A stretch of 46,783 nucleotides of DNA from an uncultured Kiloniellales bacterium. Its GTDB lineage: Bacteria > Actinomycetota > Acidimicrobiia > Spongiisociales > UBA5794. The stretch covers positions 1 to 46,783 of the forward strand of contig CAXMSN010000004.1 in NCBI GenBank assembly GCA_964196275.1, read 5' to 3'. Below the pieces are notes generated by a model. The model ran no database searches. It worked only from the letters and a program-made list of their open reading frames with translations, and was not told where the DNA came from. How positions within the stretch are numbered: position 1 is the stretch's first letter; each line of letters starts with the position of its first letter. Both the position numbers and the translations under genes were made by a program. Below, one piece after another: positions 29,190 to 38,489 of this stretch.

Positions 29190-29220
29190 GTGACGGTTTC
29201 TCGGTTCGGAGACCTAGAAT
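29190..29220 (+). promoter_or_regulatory. Candidate sigma-A promoter of the rpmH operon
   Basis: GTGACG...TAGAAT (29215-29220), spacing 18-19. Confidence 0.35.
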
Positions 29221-29279
29221 GTTGCCGTTCCGTCATCTATACGGACACCGTCACTTCGCCCGAACAGGGGTTACCTCAC

Positions 29280-29414
29280 ATGAAACGTACGTATCAACCG
29301 AACAACCGACGCCGCAAGCGCAAGCACGGATTCCGATCCCGCATGCGTACGCGCGCAGGCCGGGCGACGGTCAAGCGTCGCCGCACCAAAGGCCGTCACG
29401 AACTCTCTGCCTAA
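29280..29414 (+). CDS. rpmH: 50S ribosomal protein L34
   Basis: [28 protein letters not shown]. Confidence 0.98.
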   Translation: MKRTYQPNNRRRKRKHGFRSRMRTRAGRATVKRRRTKGRHELSA

Positions 29415-29760
29415 GCGGCAAGAGTTCGTCTCGCTTCGTTCTGCAACGCGATTCTCATCGGTCTACCGGTCGGGCGTGCGCAGTTCACGAGGCGGCGTTC
29501 TGGTCCTCCAGGACGAGGGAGATCCGGGCCAGCCCCAGGTGGGCTTTGTAGCTGGGAGGAAGGTAGGAAATGCAATCAAGCGCAACAGGGCGAAGCGACG
29601 TGTGCGTGAAGCCATGCGACGAACTCCTCTCCAAGACGGCACCGCCTACATCGTGGTCTCGTCACCGGCTGTCCTCGATGCAGAATTCACTACGCTCGCG
29701 GTATGGCTCGACGAAGCCATCGAGGCGAACCGCATGAAGTCATCAAGGAAGAACTCGTGA
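29407..29760 (+). CDS. rnpA: Ribonuclease P protein component (probable CTG start)
   Basis: [24 protein letters not shown] (RNR motif). The conserved N-terminal [14 protein letters not shown] lies upstream of GTG 29476 and is reached from CTG 29407. Confidence 0.9.
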   Translation: MPKRQEFVSLRSATRFSSVYRSGVRSSRGGVLVLQDEGDPGQPQVGFVAGRKVGNAIKRNRAKRRVREAMRRTPLQDGTAYIVVSSPAVLDAEFTTLAVWLDEAIEANRMKSSRKNS

Positions 29761-30038
29761 CCGAAGCTACGAGGCGCAACCCGATCGCAGTCGCGATGCT
29801 CGCTCTCATTCGCACGTACCAGAGGACATTGTCCCCTCTCCTTGGTGCGAAGTGCCGATTCCACCCGAGTTGTTCCCGATATACGTACGAAGCCATCGAG
29901 GTACACGGTGCCTTGAGGGGCTCGTGGCTTGGGATCAAGCGGATCGGCCGCTGTCAACCTTTCCATGAGGGAGGATTCGACCCCGTGCCGGGCTCGGAGG
30001 CCACTCCCAATCAGCCGATGCAAGGGAGTGCCTCGTGA
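29757..30038 (+). CDS. yidD: Membrane protein insertion efficiency factor YidD
   Basis: YQRTLSP...[10 protein letters not shown]...[15 protein letters not shown]; GTGA overlap with rnpA. Confidence 0.95.
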   Translation: MTEATRRNPIAVAMLALIRTYQRTLSPLLGAKCRFHPSCSRYTYEAIEVHGALRGSWLGIKRIGRCQPFHEGGFDPVPGSEATPNQPMQGSAS

Positions 30039-30973
30039 GCTTCGCCCCATGGGAGTGGTTGCTGAGCCTGCTTGGCACGCTCCTAGCGTTCTTCTACGAC
30101 CTTATTCCAGAATATGGAATTGCGATCATCTTGCTGACCGTCACGGTCAGCCTGCTGCTGTTCCCGCTGACCGTCAAACAGACGCGGTCGATGAAGGCCA
30201 TGCAGGAGATCCAACCCGAGGTCAAGAAGCTCCAGAAGGAGCTTAAGGGGGATAAAGAGGAGCTCAACAAGCATCTCATGGAGCTCTACAAAGAGCGCGG
30301 TGTAAACCCTGCTGCAGGATGTCTCCCCTTGATCGTCCAGATGCCGATCTGGTTTGCGCTCTACCGCGTTCTCTGGCAGGGACATGGAATCCCTGAGGAT
30401 TCAGCCCTCAAGGAAGTGCTCGAGGCCGCTGGAAGCCTGCTCTACAACACCGACGAATCGGGGGCCCGCACCCTCGTAGACGGATGGCAGAACATTTCGG
30501 GGGAGGCGATAGATGCAGTCAAGTTCCTGGGGATGAACCTGCTCGTGCGACCAGGGGACGCCGTAAGCCTCGACAATGTCGCTGGATCGCTCCCGTACCT
30601 CGTGATGATCGCCGTGATCGTAGCTGCCGGATTTTACCAGCAGGTGCAGACGAGCCGTAAACGCACGGACGGTCCCGCCCAGGAGCAGAACAGCCAGATG
30701 GCGGGCATGCAGAACGCAATGAAGATCATGCCTTTCGTCTTCGGCTTCATCACCTGGAACTTCGTAGCCGGCCTCGGTCTCTACTTCGCCACCTCCAACC
30801 TTTTCCGCGTCGGACAGCAAGCCTTCATTCTCCGGTTGGGAGATGATGGAGGGTCCAGTGGAAAGGCCGAGTCTTCGGCAGAGGACGATCCGGATCCTTC
30901 GGATACGCCCCCGAACGGCAACGGCCCATCACCCAACGCAAGCAAGAAGCGCAACCGCAGAAGAAAGAAGTAG
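30035..30973 (+). CDS. yidC: Membrane protein insertase YidC/Oxa1
   Basis: [43 protein letters not shown]. Confidence 0.95.
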   Translation: MSFAPWEWLLSLLGTLLAFFYDLIPEYGIAIILLTVTVSLLLFPLTVKQTRSMKAMQEIQPEVKKLQKELKGDKEELNKHLMELYKERGVNPAAGCLPLIVQMPIWFALYRVLWQGHGIPEDSALKEVLEAAGSLLYNTDESGARTLVDGWQNISGEAIDAVKFLGMNLLVRPGDAVSLDNVAGSLPYLVMIAVIVAAGFYQQVQTSRKRTDGPAQEQNSQMAGMQNAMKIMPFVFGFITWNFVAGLGLYFATSNLFRVGQQAFILRLGDDGGSSGKAESSAEDDPDPSDTPPNGNGPSPNASKKRNRRRKK

Positions 30974-30977
30974 CCCG

Positions 30978-31826
30978 ATGGATTGGGTTGAAGTACAGGG
31001 AAAGACCGTCGACCTGGCCGTTGAAGTGGCCATGGGCGAGCTCGGTCTGAAGAACAAGAGCGATGCTCAAATAGAGATCATCCAGGAGCCGGCCACCAGT
31101 TTCCTTGGTATGGGAGGAAAGGACGCCATCGTCAAGGTGACGAAGGCCCCGAGTCGGCGGAATCGTAGCCGCGGCCGCGGCAAGGGTGGTCGGGGTGGAG
31201 ACAACCGGTCCTCCAAGCAGGGAAGCCGGAGCAGCAGCGGAGGCGGATCGAAGAACTCGAATCCGCAACAGCAGAAGAGTCAACAGAATACGTCCGGTTC
31301 GAAGAAGAAACCGGCTCATTCCAAGGAAGACAGGGAAAAGGTGCAGCGCGACGACCGCCCAGAAGCCGCCCCCATCGAGGAACAGGCAAAGGTGGCTGCT
31401 GGTTTTCTGACCGGCCTACTCGGCGCCTTCGGCCTTGAGGGCGAAGTGAACACCCGTATCGATGACGGCGTCCTGTATCTGGATGTTGTCGGAGAGCAGA
31501 CGGAAGCCCTCGTCGGATCAAAAGGATCCGTGATGTACTCGGTTCTCGAGCTCACCCGTACCGTGGTGCAGCGAAAGACCTATGGCGCCCCTCGGATGAG
31601 AATCGACATCGCCGGATATGCAGAGCGAAGGAGTGAGGCCCTGACGATCTATACAGGGAAACTCGCCACGCAGGTCGTGGAGGAAGAGACCGAGATCATG
31701 CTCGAGGCGATGAACGCAGCAGACCGCAAGGTCATACACGATGCTGTGGCCGAGATCGAGCATGTACGCTCGTACTCCGAAGGCGAAGATCCCCGTCGCG
31801 CCGTGGTGCTCGCCTACGAAGCCTGA
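30978..31826 (+). CDS. jag: Jag/EloR (KhpB) RNA-binding protein
   Basis: Jag-N (GKTVDLAV..FLGMG), low-complexity linker, KH (LVGSKG), R3H (MNAADRKVIHD..SYSEGEDPRRAVV). Confidence 0.93.
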   Translation: MDWVEVQGKTVDLAVEVAMGELGLKNKSDAQIEIIQEPATSFLGMGGKDAIVKVTKAPSRRNRSRGRGKGGRGGDNRSSKQGSRSSSGGGSKNSNPQQQKSQQNTSGSKKKPAHSKEDREKVQRDDRPEAAPIEEQAKVAAGFLTGLLGAFGLEGEVNTRIDDGVLYLDVVGEQTEALVGSKGSVMYSVLELTRTVVQRKTYGAPRMRIDIAGYAERRSEALTIYTGKLATQVVEEETEIMLEAMNAADRKVIHDAVAEIEHVRSYSEGEDPRRAVVLAYEA

Positions 31827-31847
31827 CACCAACCACCCGCCAATAGT

Positions 31848-31879
31848 TGAGAAGAGGGCCCTCCGGGGCCCTCTTCTCA
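31848..31879 (+). terminator. Terminator-like hairpin after jag
   Basis: TGAGAAGAGGGCCC-TCCG-GGGCCCTCTTCTCA, a 14 bp perfect stem followed by TTGTT. Confidence 0.75.
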
Positions 31880-31880
31880 T

Positions 31881-31896
31881 TGTTCCACGTGAAACA
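31881..31896. promoter_or_regulatory. parS site 1
   Basis: TGTTCCACGTGAAACA; matches the universal parS consensus; upstream of rsmG-parA-parB. Confidence 0.92.
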
Positions 31897-32065
31897 CTGG
31901 GCTCCCGTCCCCCCTTCAGGGGGGACGGGAGCCCAGTGAGTTAGGGGGGTCTGCGAGCCCGCGAGCCTGGAGTGGCTGGAAATGCTGGCTCCGGGGCTGA
32001 GGTCTGAGGCCTGAAATCCCCCTGGCTCGCCTTGCTCGCCCGTCCCCCCTGAAAGGAGGACGAAG
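31895..32065. repeat. REP/REPIN-like inverted doublet, copy 2, between the parS sites
   Basis: Perfect 20 bp inverted repeat CACTGGGCTCCCGTCCCCCC-TTCA-GGGGGGACGGGAGCCCAGTG (31895-31938). The reverse complement of 32040-32065 matches 925-950 at 25 of 26 positions. Confidence 0.75.
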
Positions 32066-32089
32066 GGACGAGGCCGACAGCAGCGTAAC

Positions 32090-32105
32090 TGTTTCACGTG
32101 AAACA
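32090..32105. promoter_or_regulatory. parS site 2
   Basis: Perfect palindrome TGTTTCACGTGAAACA. Confidence 0.95.
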
Positions 32106-32140
32106 ATGAGGTGGGGGGCGATCGTTGTTAGCGTTGGCAT

Positions 32141-32764
32141 ATGACCGATCAGGAACAACTCCGTGCTGTTGCCGAATGGCTTGGGATGTCGTTGACCCCC
32201 GAGCAAGAGCAGCGACTCCTTCGATTTGCTGAGCTGCTGGCCAGTGAAGGTCTTGCGGGAGGTGGTATTGGACCCCACGAGGCTCCAAGGATGATCGACC
32301 GACACATCTGCGACAGCCTCGTGTATCTGATCGCGATCGAGCCACACCAGAGTACCGTTATCGACGTCGGTTCCGGTGTGGGCCTGCCGGGGATCCCGAT
32401 CGCCATCGGTAGACCGGATCTCGAAGTGACGCTGCTCGACCGGTCGCAACGAAGAACCGACCTCGCACGCCGTGCCGTTCGTATCCTTGGGCTTGACAAC
32501 GTGACTGTTGAAACGGGTGACGTCAAGGGGGCCAACGGATCCTGGGACGTCGTCACATTCCGGGCTTCACTTGCCCCGGATGCGGCAGTAGAGGCGTTCG
32601 AGGCGTTGGCCGCGAGCACGGGCATCGGTGTATTCGGCGTATCCCGTCTCCCCGATAACCCCAGCGTTCCCGAGCCACCGCCCGGTATCTCGTACGAATT
32701 GCGCCAGGAAGCGAGCGAGGTACTTGACTCGCCCAGTTGGCTCCTTAGGATGAGACATCTATGA
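32141..32764 (+). CDS. rsmG: 16S rRNA m7G527 methyltransferase RsmG (GidB)
   Basis: RHICDSL, IDVGSGVGLPGIP, DVVTFRA; canonical position before parA. Confidence 0.93.
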   Translation: MTDQEQLRAVAEWLGMSLTPEQEQRLLRFAELLASEGLAGGGIGPHEAPRMIDRHICDSLVYLIAIEPHQSTVIDVGSGVGLPGIPIAIGRPDLEVTLLDRSQRRTDLARRAVRILGLDNVTVETGDVKGANGSWDVVTFRASLAPDAAVEAFEALAASTGIGVFGVSRLPDNPSVPEPPPGISYELRQEASEVLDSPSWLLRMRHL

Positions 32765-32798
32765 CCGATCCTATTCTTGACCGCATCCAAAGGAAGCA

Positions 32799-33581
32799 GT
32801 GATGGCTGAAGCCACGACCGTAGCTATCGCCAATCAAAAGGGCGGCGTCGGGAAGTCCACGACAACGATCAACCTTGGTGCAGGAATGGCGCTCCAGGGG
32901 GAACGGGTGCTGATCGTCGATCTCGACCCACAGGGCAACACGAGTTCTGGTCTCGGCGTCGACCGTGCTGCCATCGAGTTGTCGACATACGAACTGCTGG
33001 TCGATGACGAGGTGTCCGTTGGAGACGTGCTGGAACCAACGTCGGTACGAGATCTACACATTATCCCTGCAACCATTGAGCTTGCCGGTGCTGAGATCGA
33101 GCTCGTGTCAATGTTCTCACGGGAACAGCGTCTGAAACAGGCGCTATCCACGGTGCTCGATGATTACGATTTCGTCTTGATAGATTGCCCTCCTTCGCTT
33201 GGTCTTCTGACGATCAATGGCCTCACAGCAGCGAACGAAGTGCTGATCCCCATTCAGTGTGAGTACTACGCACTTGAAGGCGTGAGTCAACTGACGCGGA
33301 ACATAGGATTGGTCCAGCAGAACATCAACCCTCAACTAGAGGTTGAAGGTGTGGTCCTCACCATGTTCGATGGGCGAACGACCCTGTCGAGTGACGTCGC
33401 GTCGCAGGTGCGGAGCCACTTTGGGAAGACAGCGTATAAGACAGTGATCCCGCGAACCGTCCGGCTGAGTGAGGCCCCCTCCTACGGGGAGCCCATCGAA
33501 GCCTACGACGAGATGTCGCGAGGAGCCATCGCGTACAGGGAACTGGCACGAGAGTTCAGGAGAAGGCATGGCCGCACGTAA
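32799..33581 (+). CDS. parA: Chromosome partitioning ATPase ParA/Soj
   Basis: NQKGGVGKST, DLDPQGN, IDCPPSLG, QCEYYALEG, LSEAPSYG. Start is GTG 32799 or ATG 32802. Confidence 0.96.
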   Translation: MMAEATTVAIANQKGGVGKSTTTINLGAGMALQGERVLIVDLDPQGNTSSGLGVDRAAIELSTYELLVDDEVSVGDVLEPTSVRDLHIIPATIELAGAEIELVSMFSREQRLKQALSTVLDDYDFVLIDCPPSLGLLTINGLTAANEVLIPIQCEYYALEGVSQLTRNIGLVQQNINPQLEVEGVVLTMFDGRTTLSSDVASQVRSHFGKTAYKTVIPRTVRLSEAPSYGEPIEAYDEMSRGAIAYRELAREFRRRHGRT

Positions 33582-34425
33582 GGGAGGGCTGGGCCGAGGG
33601 CTCGATGCCCTTATCCCCCAAGAGCTAGTAACGGAAGGCTTTGCGGAGCTTTCGGTCAAGGATATTCAACCGAATCCGCAACAGCCGCGCACCGATTTCG
33701 GGGCAGAATCTATCAAAGTCCTGGCGGATTCCATCCGTTCCGTGGGGGTTCTTCAGCCTGTTGTGGTGCGCAAGGTAGACGACGGCTATGTCCTCGTCGC
33801 TGGCGAGCGACGGCTACGAGCGGCGAAGAAGGCACGCCTGAAGACCATCCCGGCCGTGATCCGGGGCGACGGCTCCGACAGCGACGATCTCACGGAGGCC
33901 CTGGTCGAGAACCTCCAGCGTGAGAACCTGTCGGTACTCGAGGAGGCAGCGGCCTACAACCATCTTCTGGAAGATTTTGGAATGACTCACGAAGAGGTCG
34001 CTTCGCACGTCGGGCGCAGTAGGAGTGCGGTGTCGAACACCGTGAGGCTTCTGGCACTCCCCGGGCCGATCCTCGCCATGCTCCAAAACGGTGAACTGAC
34101 GGCCGGCCATGCCCGCGCACTGCTCGGCACCGACGACGAGGCCTATGCCGTTCACATCGCTGAGAGGGCCGTTGCAGAGGGTTGGACGGTTCGAAGGGTC
34201 GAGGAGGCCATACGACTTCGATCGACACAGAGCGCGTCCGGAAAGCGGGGACCTGCGGCGGTTCGCCCAGCAGCCATCATCGAGTTGGAACTGAAACTCC
34301 AAGAGCGGCTCGGTACCAAGGTCAAGATCGACTATCGGGGCAAGGGCGGGCGGATCACGATCAAGTACGCATCCTCGGACGATCTTGAGCGTATATATCG
34401 CCACTTGTTCGAGCCAGGGGCATAG
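33568..34425 (+). CDS. parB: Chromosome partitioning protein ParB/Spo0J
   Basis: KGGLGRGLDALI, NPQQPR, AGERRLRA, ENLQRE, HTH GRSRSAVSNTVRLL. Confidence 0.96.
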   Translation: MAARKGGLGRGLDALIPQELVTEGFAELSVKDIQPNPQQPRTDFGAESIKVLADSIRSVGVLQPVVVRKVDDGYVLVAGERRLRAAKKARLKTIPAVIRGDGSDSDDLTEALVENLQRENLSVLEEAAAYNHLLEDFGMTHEEVASHVGRSRSAVSNTVRLLALPGPILAMLQNGELTAGHARALLGTDDEAYAVHIAERAVAEGWTVRRVEEAIRLRSTQSASGKRGPAAVRPAAIIELELKLQERLGTKVKIDYRGKGGRITIKYASSDDLERIYRHLFEPGA

Positions 34426-34431
34426 CCCCGT

Positions 34432-35397
34432 CTACTCGTCTTTGGGCGTCTCGTAGAGAGATGCGACGACGTTCGCGACGATGCGTCCCGTTCGGCGATT
34501 CATCGAGCGGAGTGCGACCACCACTGCTGGCGCCCGGGTCTCCTTGAGGATGGGCACGGTTCGGCCAACCGGCGAAACGCCTAGCCGATCCGCCAGGGCC
34601 TGTGCGACCGCCATCCCTGCCTCTGACCTGGAGTGCTCCGAACTGAAGTAGTAGATACCGTCGTCGCCCTCTTCCGGCACGAAGAAGCCGATCACGATGT
34701 CGACGTTCATCCTGTTGGCCTTCTGCGACCGCAGTCGCGGCGGCGGAGCCGTATCGATGGAGCGACTCAGAGTGGAGATACCTCCCAGAATTTGGATGGC
34801 AGAGCTTGCCTCGACCGCTGCCATCCAGGTTGCATCGGACTCGTCGGTCGTCCGACACTCCGGATCCAGATAGACCCGCTGGCCTGAGATGGAGGGGGGC
34901 ATCTGATCGAGCCACTGACGCTCCCTGACAGACTCCCTGCCTTGTTTTTGAGTAGCGAGGTCGACCAGACGGAGTTCAGCGCCGACCTTGTCTCCGGCGA
35001 TCCCGTCCTCAGCCATCTGGCTGTTGTGTTGGAAGTCGAGCAGACCAGCGAGGGAGTCAGGGCCGAAGATCCCGTCGACCTTCCCGGTGTCGAAGCCAAG
35101 AGAGTTGAGCCTGGCCTGTAGTTCAGCGACATCGTCCCCACGCATCATCGGAACGCGGTGGTAGATCATGCGGTCACCGAGGCGGTAGCCGGCCTCCACG
35201 AGGGAGCGCCAGGTCTCCGACCCGACGATCCCATCGACAGGGAGGCCCCTGGAATCCTGAAATTCAGAGACTGCCGCGAACGTGGCGTCGCCGAAAACAG
35301 CATCGCCATCGGTGTCACATTCGAACCCGAGCGCGGTCAACCGGTCCTGGACATCTCTGACCGGTTCGCCTCGATCCCCGCGGTGATAGAGCCTCAC
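34432..35397 (-). CDS. cwlM: CwlM-like protein: two peptidoglycan-binding domains + degenerate amidase_3 domain
   Basis: GDRGEPVRDVQ..DGIVGSETW and GDDVAELQ..DGIFG; amidase-like C-terminal half (ILKETRAPAVVV); position between parB and trxA. Confidence 0.8.
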   Translation of the reverse strand: MRLYHRGDRGEPVRDVQDRLTALGFECDTDGDAVFGDATFAAVSEFQDSRGLPVDGIVGSETWRSLVEAGYRLGDRMIYHRVPMMRGDDVAELQARLNSLGFDTGKVDGIFGPDSLAGLLDFQHNSQMAEDGIAGDKVGAELRLVDLATQKQGRESVRERQWLDQMPPSISGQRVYLDPECRTTDESDATWMAAVEASSAIQILGGISTLSRSIDTAPPPRLRSQKANRMNVDIVIGFFVPEEGDDGIYYFSSEHSRSEAGMAVAQALADRLGVSPVGRTVPILKETRAPAVVVALRSMNRRTGRIVANVVASLYETPKDE

Positions 35398-35421
35398 GAC
35401 TCAATCGTGCCAGATTTGGAG

Positions 35422-35748
35422 CTAGTTGGTGAACTCCATCAGCTCCGTCTCGAGCTGACCCTTCGAGCGGGCGCCTATCAGTCTGCGCTTCTCTTCACCG
35501 TTTTGGAAGACGATCATGGTCGGGATACTCATGACCGAGTAGGCAGAAGCGGTGCCTGGGTTCTCGTCGATGTTGAGTTTGGCGATGGTGAGCTTGCCGG
35601 CGTTCTCCTCGGCGAGCTCTTCTAGTGGTCCATTCATCATCTTGCATGGACCGCACCATTCAGCCCAGAAATCGACGAGCGTTGGGGTGTCTGATCCGAT
35701 GGTCGATGTGAAATCGCCGTCGTTGACGACCTTTGTGTGCTGACCCAT
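35422..35748 (-). CDS. trxA: Thioredoxin
   Basis: DFWAEWCGPC, SIPT. Confidence 0.97.
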   Translation of the reverse strand: MGQHTKVVNDGDFTSTIGSDTPTLVDFWAEWCGPCKMMNGPLEELAEENAGKLTIAKLNIDENPGTASAYSVMSIPTMIVFQNGEEKRRLIGARSKGQLETELMEFTN

Positions 35749-35774
35749 GGTGATTCTCCTTGTTCTATCGGTAA

Positions 35775-35801
35775 CAACCGATCGATGTGTGTTCTGATTC
35801 C
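35775..35801 (-). promoter_or_regulatory. SigR/SigH-type ECF promoter upstream of trxA
   Basis: Minus strand GGAAT-N18-GTTG, the actinobacterial SigR/SigH consensus, in the trxB-trxA gap. Confidence 0.7.
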
Positions 35802-36722
35802 TCAGTGATGTCCGTCGAGCCAGCGCTCAGCATCGAGTGCTGCCTGACATCCCATCCCTGCGGCTGTGACCGCTTGGCGGTAGACCTTGTCCGTGACGTC
35901 GCCGGCAGCGTAGACCCCCTCAACCGAGGTGAGGGTTTGGCCGGGTTCCGTAACGATGTACGCGTCGTCGTCGAGTTCGAGGCGGTCCACGAACACCTTC
36001 GTGTTGGGATCGTGCCCAATCGCAACGAACACACCGTCCGTCTTGAGTTCCGTGACCTCGTCAGTGAGCGTGTCCCGTATCTTGACGCCTTCAACAACCG
36101 TATCGCCGTAGACCTCGTCGACCGTGGTGTTCCACATGACTTCGATCTTCGGGTGGTCGATGACCCGTGAGCTCATGATGGTCGACGCCCGGAACTCGTC
36201 CCTCCGGTGAAGAACGGTGACCTTGGATGCGAACTTGGTGAGGAAGAGAGCCTCTTCCATGGCGGTGTCTCCGCCACCGACGACGACCAACTCCTTGTCC
36301 CTGAAGAAGAACCCATCGCACGTGGCGCATGCTGAGACGCCGAATCCGGTGAGCCGTGACTCGCCCGTCACGCCGAGCCATCGTGCTGAGGCACCTGTCG
36401 AGATGACGATGCTGTCGCCCTCGTACAGGTCCTGTCCGACCCACACCTTGAAGGGGCGTTCACTGAAGTCGACGTCGGTCACGTTGGACGTGACGATCCG
36501 CGTACCGAAGCGTTCGGCCTGCTTGCGCATCTGCTCCATGAGTTCCGGCCCCATGACGCCATCGGGGAATCCCGGAAAGTTCTCGACATCAGTAGTGATC
36601 ATGAGTTGGCCGCCACGCTCCATGCCTTCGACCATGAGTGGCTCAAGCCCGGCTCTGGCCGCATAGATGGCTGCGGTGAGACCCGCGGGACCGCTCCCGA
36701 TGATGATCATCTTCTCGGACAT
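35802..36722 (-). CDS. trxB: Thioredoxin-disulfide reductase
   Basis: IIGSGPAG, CATCDG, GGGDTAMEE, HRRDEFRA, AAGDV..YRQA. Start ATG 36722 after AGGAG. Confidence 0.97.
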   Translation of the reverse strand: MSEKMIIIGSGPAGLTAAIYAARAGLEPLMVEGMERGGQLMITTDVENFPGFPDGVMGPELMEQMRKQAERFGTRIVTSNVTDVDFSERPFKVWVGQDLYEGDSIVISTGASARWLGVTGESRLTGFGVSACATCDGFFFRDKELVVVGGGDTAMEEALFLTKFASKVTVLHRRDEFRASTIMSSRVIDHPKIEVMWNTTVDEVYGDTVVEGVKIRDTLTDEVTELKTDGVFVAIGHDPNTKVFVDRLELDDDAYIVTEPGQTLTSVEGVYAAGDVTDKVYRQAVTAAGMGCQAALDAERWLDGHH

Positions 36723-36726
36723 GTTC

Positions 36727-37035
36727 CTACTCCTCGTGAGGCTTCCTGTCTTGGGGATATCTTCGAATCCACACGACCGCACCTGCGATGATGAGGATGA
36801 CTCCGACGACGGCGTACGCCGTCTCGATATCTCCCATAAGCGTCCCGAGCGCCCGGAATATTCCGACGAGCAGCCAGAAGATGGCCATCACGCCTGCGGT
36901 GATGAGGATCAGTGCAACGGCGGTCCATGTGATCGCCGTCGCGGCCCTATCGACAGACATCTCGCGCACTTTTGTCGCGACCAACTCAAGGAGGTCCGCG
37001 ATTCGAGCGGAGAGCGGTGGGGTGCGGTCTGTCAT
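36727..37035 (-). CDS. Two-TM membrane protein (actinobacterial holin-like/DUF1469-like)
   Basis: Amphipathic N-terminal helix followed by two hydrophobic segments; ends 4 nt before trxB. Confidence 0.7.
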   Translation of the reverse strand: MTDRTPPLSARIADLLELVATKVREMSVDRAATAITWTAVALILITAGVMAIFWLLVGIFRALGTLMGDIETAYAVVGVILIIAGAVVWIRRYPQDRKPHEE

Positions 37036-37068
37036 GGGTGACAAGACTAGTGGTCGCGGGTGCCCAGC

Positions 37069-37908
37069 TCAGCTTCCGGGGCTGACAACTGCGCAGGTTT
37101 CGAGGTCGACGCTCATTGCGCCGCCGATGCCGTCGTCGAACACGATGCCGAGATGGGCGACCTGGGTTGGCCCGGAACTGTCCACCCCGAACAGGACGAT
37201 GTCGGTCGCGTTCGGAGGAAGCTGCCCAGAGACCTGGCTGATACATTCCGCCAGCACATCCGCGTTGACCGATGCCGACTCCGTGTAACCGAGGGCGTTG
37301 AGTTGATCCTGCACAGCTTCCGGGCTTTCCTCGCCGGCGGTCGCTTCGAGTACTTCAACAAGGTCTGCGCCGTCGAGGTCAACAACGGCTACAGGGGCCG
37401 GTGCGGCAAGTGACTCCTCCTCGGGTGCGTCGAACTGACTTGCTCCATCATCGGTAGTGGAACCCTGGGCGGCCGAGTCCCTGGCGGCAGGATCCTCGGG
37501 TGCTTCGGCGGCTGCAGCTGCGGATGCGACGATCGTCGTTTCGGCGCTCGAGTCGTCAGATTCCGAGAGCCCGGGCATGATGAATATCGCGGTGACCGCT
37601 GCGGCTGCCGTTGCGATCCCTGCGATGGGCATCCACCAAGCCTTCCGTTTCCTGGCGATGGGAACGACCGCTGCCGCTGACTCAAGATGAAGTTGTGAAA
37701 CGAGAGCGGTGTTGAGTGCGTCCTTCTCAGCCACCGCCATCGATGCGATCGGCAGTTCTGCAAGCGAGGCATGAACCGCGAGTTGCTCTGCGTACGCAGC
37801 GGAGAGTTCAGGATCGGCCATGATGCGCGCAAGGGCGGTCTCAGCCCCGGAGTTGCTGAGTTCGCTTTCGATCAGATCGACGATGAGGTTGAGGTCTTGG
37901 TCGTTCAT
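37069..37908 (-). CDS. Putative anti-sigma factor (RsmA-like)
   Basis: ATGA overlap with the ECF sigma; cytoplasmic N-domain, basic stretch, one TM, acidic linker and a C-terminal domain with 2 Cys. No HxxxCxxC ZAS motif. Confidence 0.75.
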   Translation of the reverse strand: MNDQDLNLIVDLIESELSNSGAETALARIMADPELSAAYAEQLAVHASLAELPIASMAVAEKDALNTALVSQLHLESAAAVVPIARKRKAWWMPIAGIATAAAAVTAIFIMPGLSESDDSSAETTIVASAAAAAEAPEDPAARDSAAQGSTTDDGASQFDAPEEESLAAPAPVAVVDLDGADLVEVLEATAGEESPEAVQDQLNALGYTESASVNADVLAECISQVSGQLPPNATDIVLFGVDSSGPTQVAHLGIVFDDGIGGAMSVDLETCAVVSPGS

Positions 37909-38489
37909 GGTGCTCCGTCTTCACGGTTTAGAGGTTCGGGAGGTGGTGTGAGGTTCCCAAGAACTTTGGCAAGTTGCTTCCGGGCCCTGAACAGTCGGCT
38001 TTTGACCGTTCCTGTTGGTACTTCGAGGGTATCGCTGGCCTGCTCTAGCGACATGCCCATGAGATCTACCAGCACCACTGCGGACCTGAACTCGGGGCTG
38101 AGCGTCGAGAGAGCAGCCTCGATGTCCGGCCGAAGCTCTACCGCCGTGAAGGCATCGCCGCTTGCGATATCGGCGGGGTCGTGCCCTTCTGGCAGTGAAT
38201 CGGTCTGTTGACGTTTCTGTCTACGCAGGTGGTCGTAGCAGGTGTTGACAGCGACCCGGTAAAGCCATGTGGAGAACGCAGCCTTCGCTTGGAATCTGTC
38301 AGCCTTCCGAAAGACGGTCAGGAAGGTGTCCTGTGTCGCATCGAGTGCGGCGTCACGGTCGCGTAGCATTCGCAGACAGATTCCGAACACACGGTCCTGG
38401 TGAGCGTCCATGAGCTCGTTGAACGCGTCGATATCGCCTGAGAGATATCGGTCTATGAGTTCGATGTCGAGGTCGGCGCGATCGGTCAT
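37905..38489 (-). CDS. sigM: ECF RNA polymerase sigma factor (SigM-like)
   Basis: DALDATQDTFL-type region 2, FSTWLYRVAVN, VPTGTVKSRLFRAR; syntenic with actinobacterial sigM upstream of trxB. Confidence 0.85.
   Translation of the reverse strand: MTDRADLDIELIDRYLSGDIDAFNELMDAHQDRVFGICLRMLRDRDAALDATQDTFLTVFRKADRFQAKAAFSTWLYRVAVNTCYDHLRRQKRQQTDSLPEGHDPADIASGDAFTAVELRPDIEAALSTLSPEFRSAVVLVDLMGMSLEQASDTLEVPTGTVKSRLFRARKQLAKVLGNLTPPPEPLNREDGAP

Noticed and set aside
31732-32106. 124 aa minus-strand ORF starting MFHVKQ
   Set aside because: MFHVKQ is the translation of the parS palindrome, a known source of spurious ORFs. The rest covers repeats and a terminator.
36727-37035. Prophage holin indicating a prophage
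   Set aside because: There are no phage genes nearby. Such two-TM proteins are ordinary chromosomal genes in Actinobacteria.
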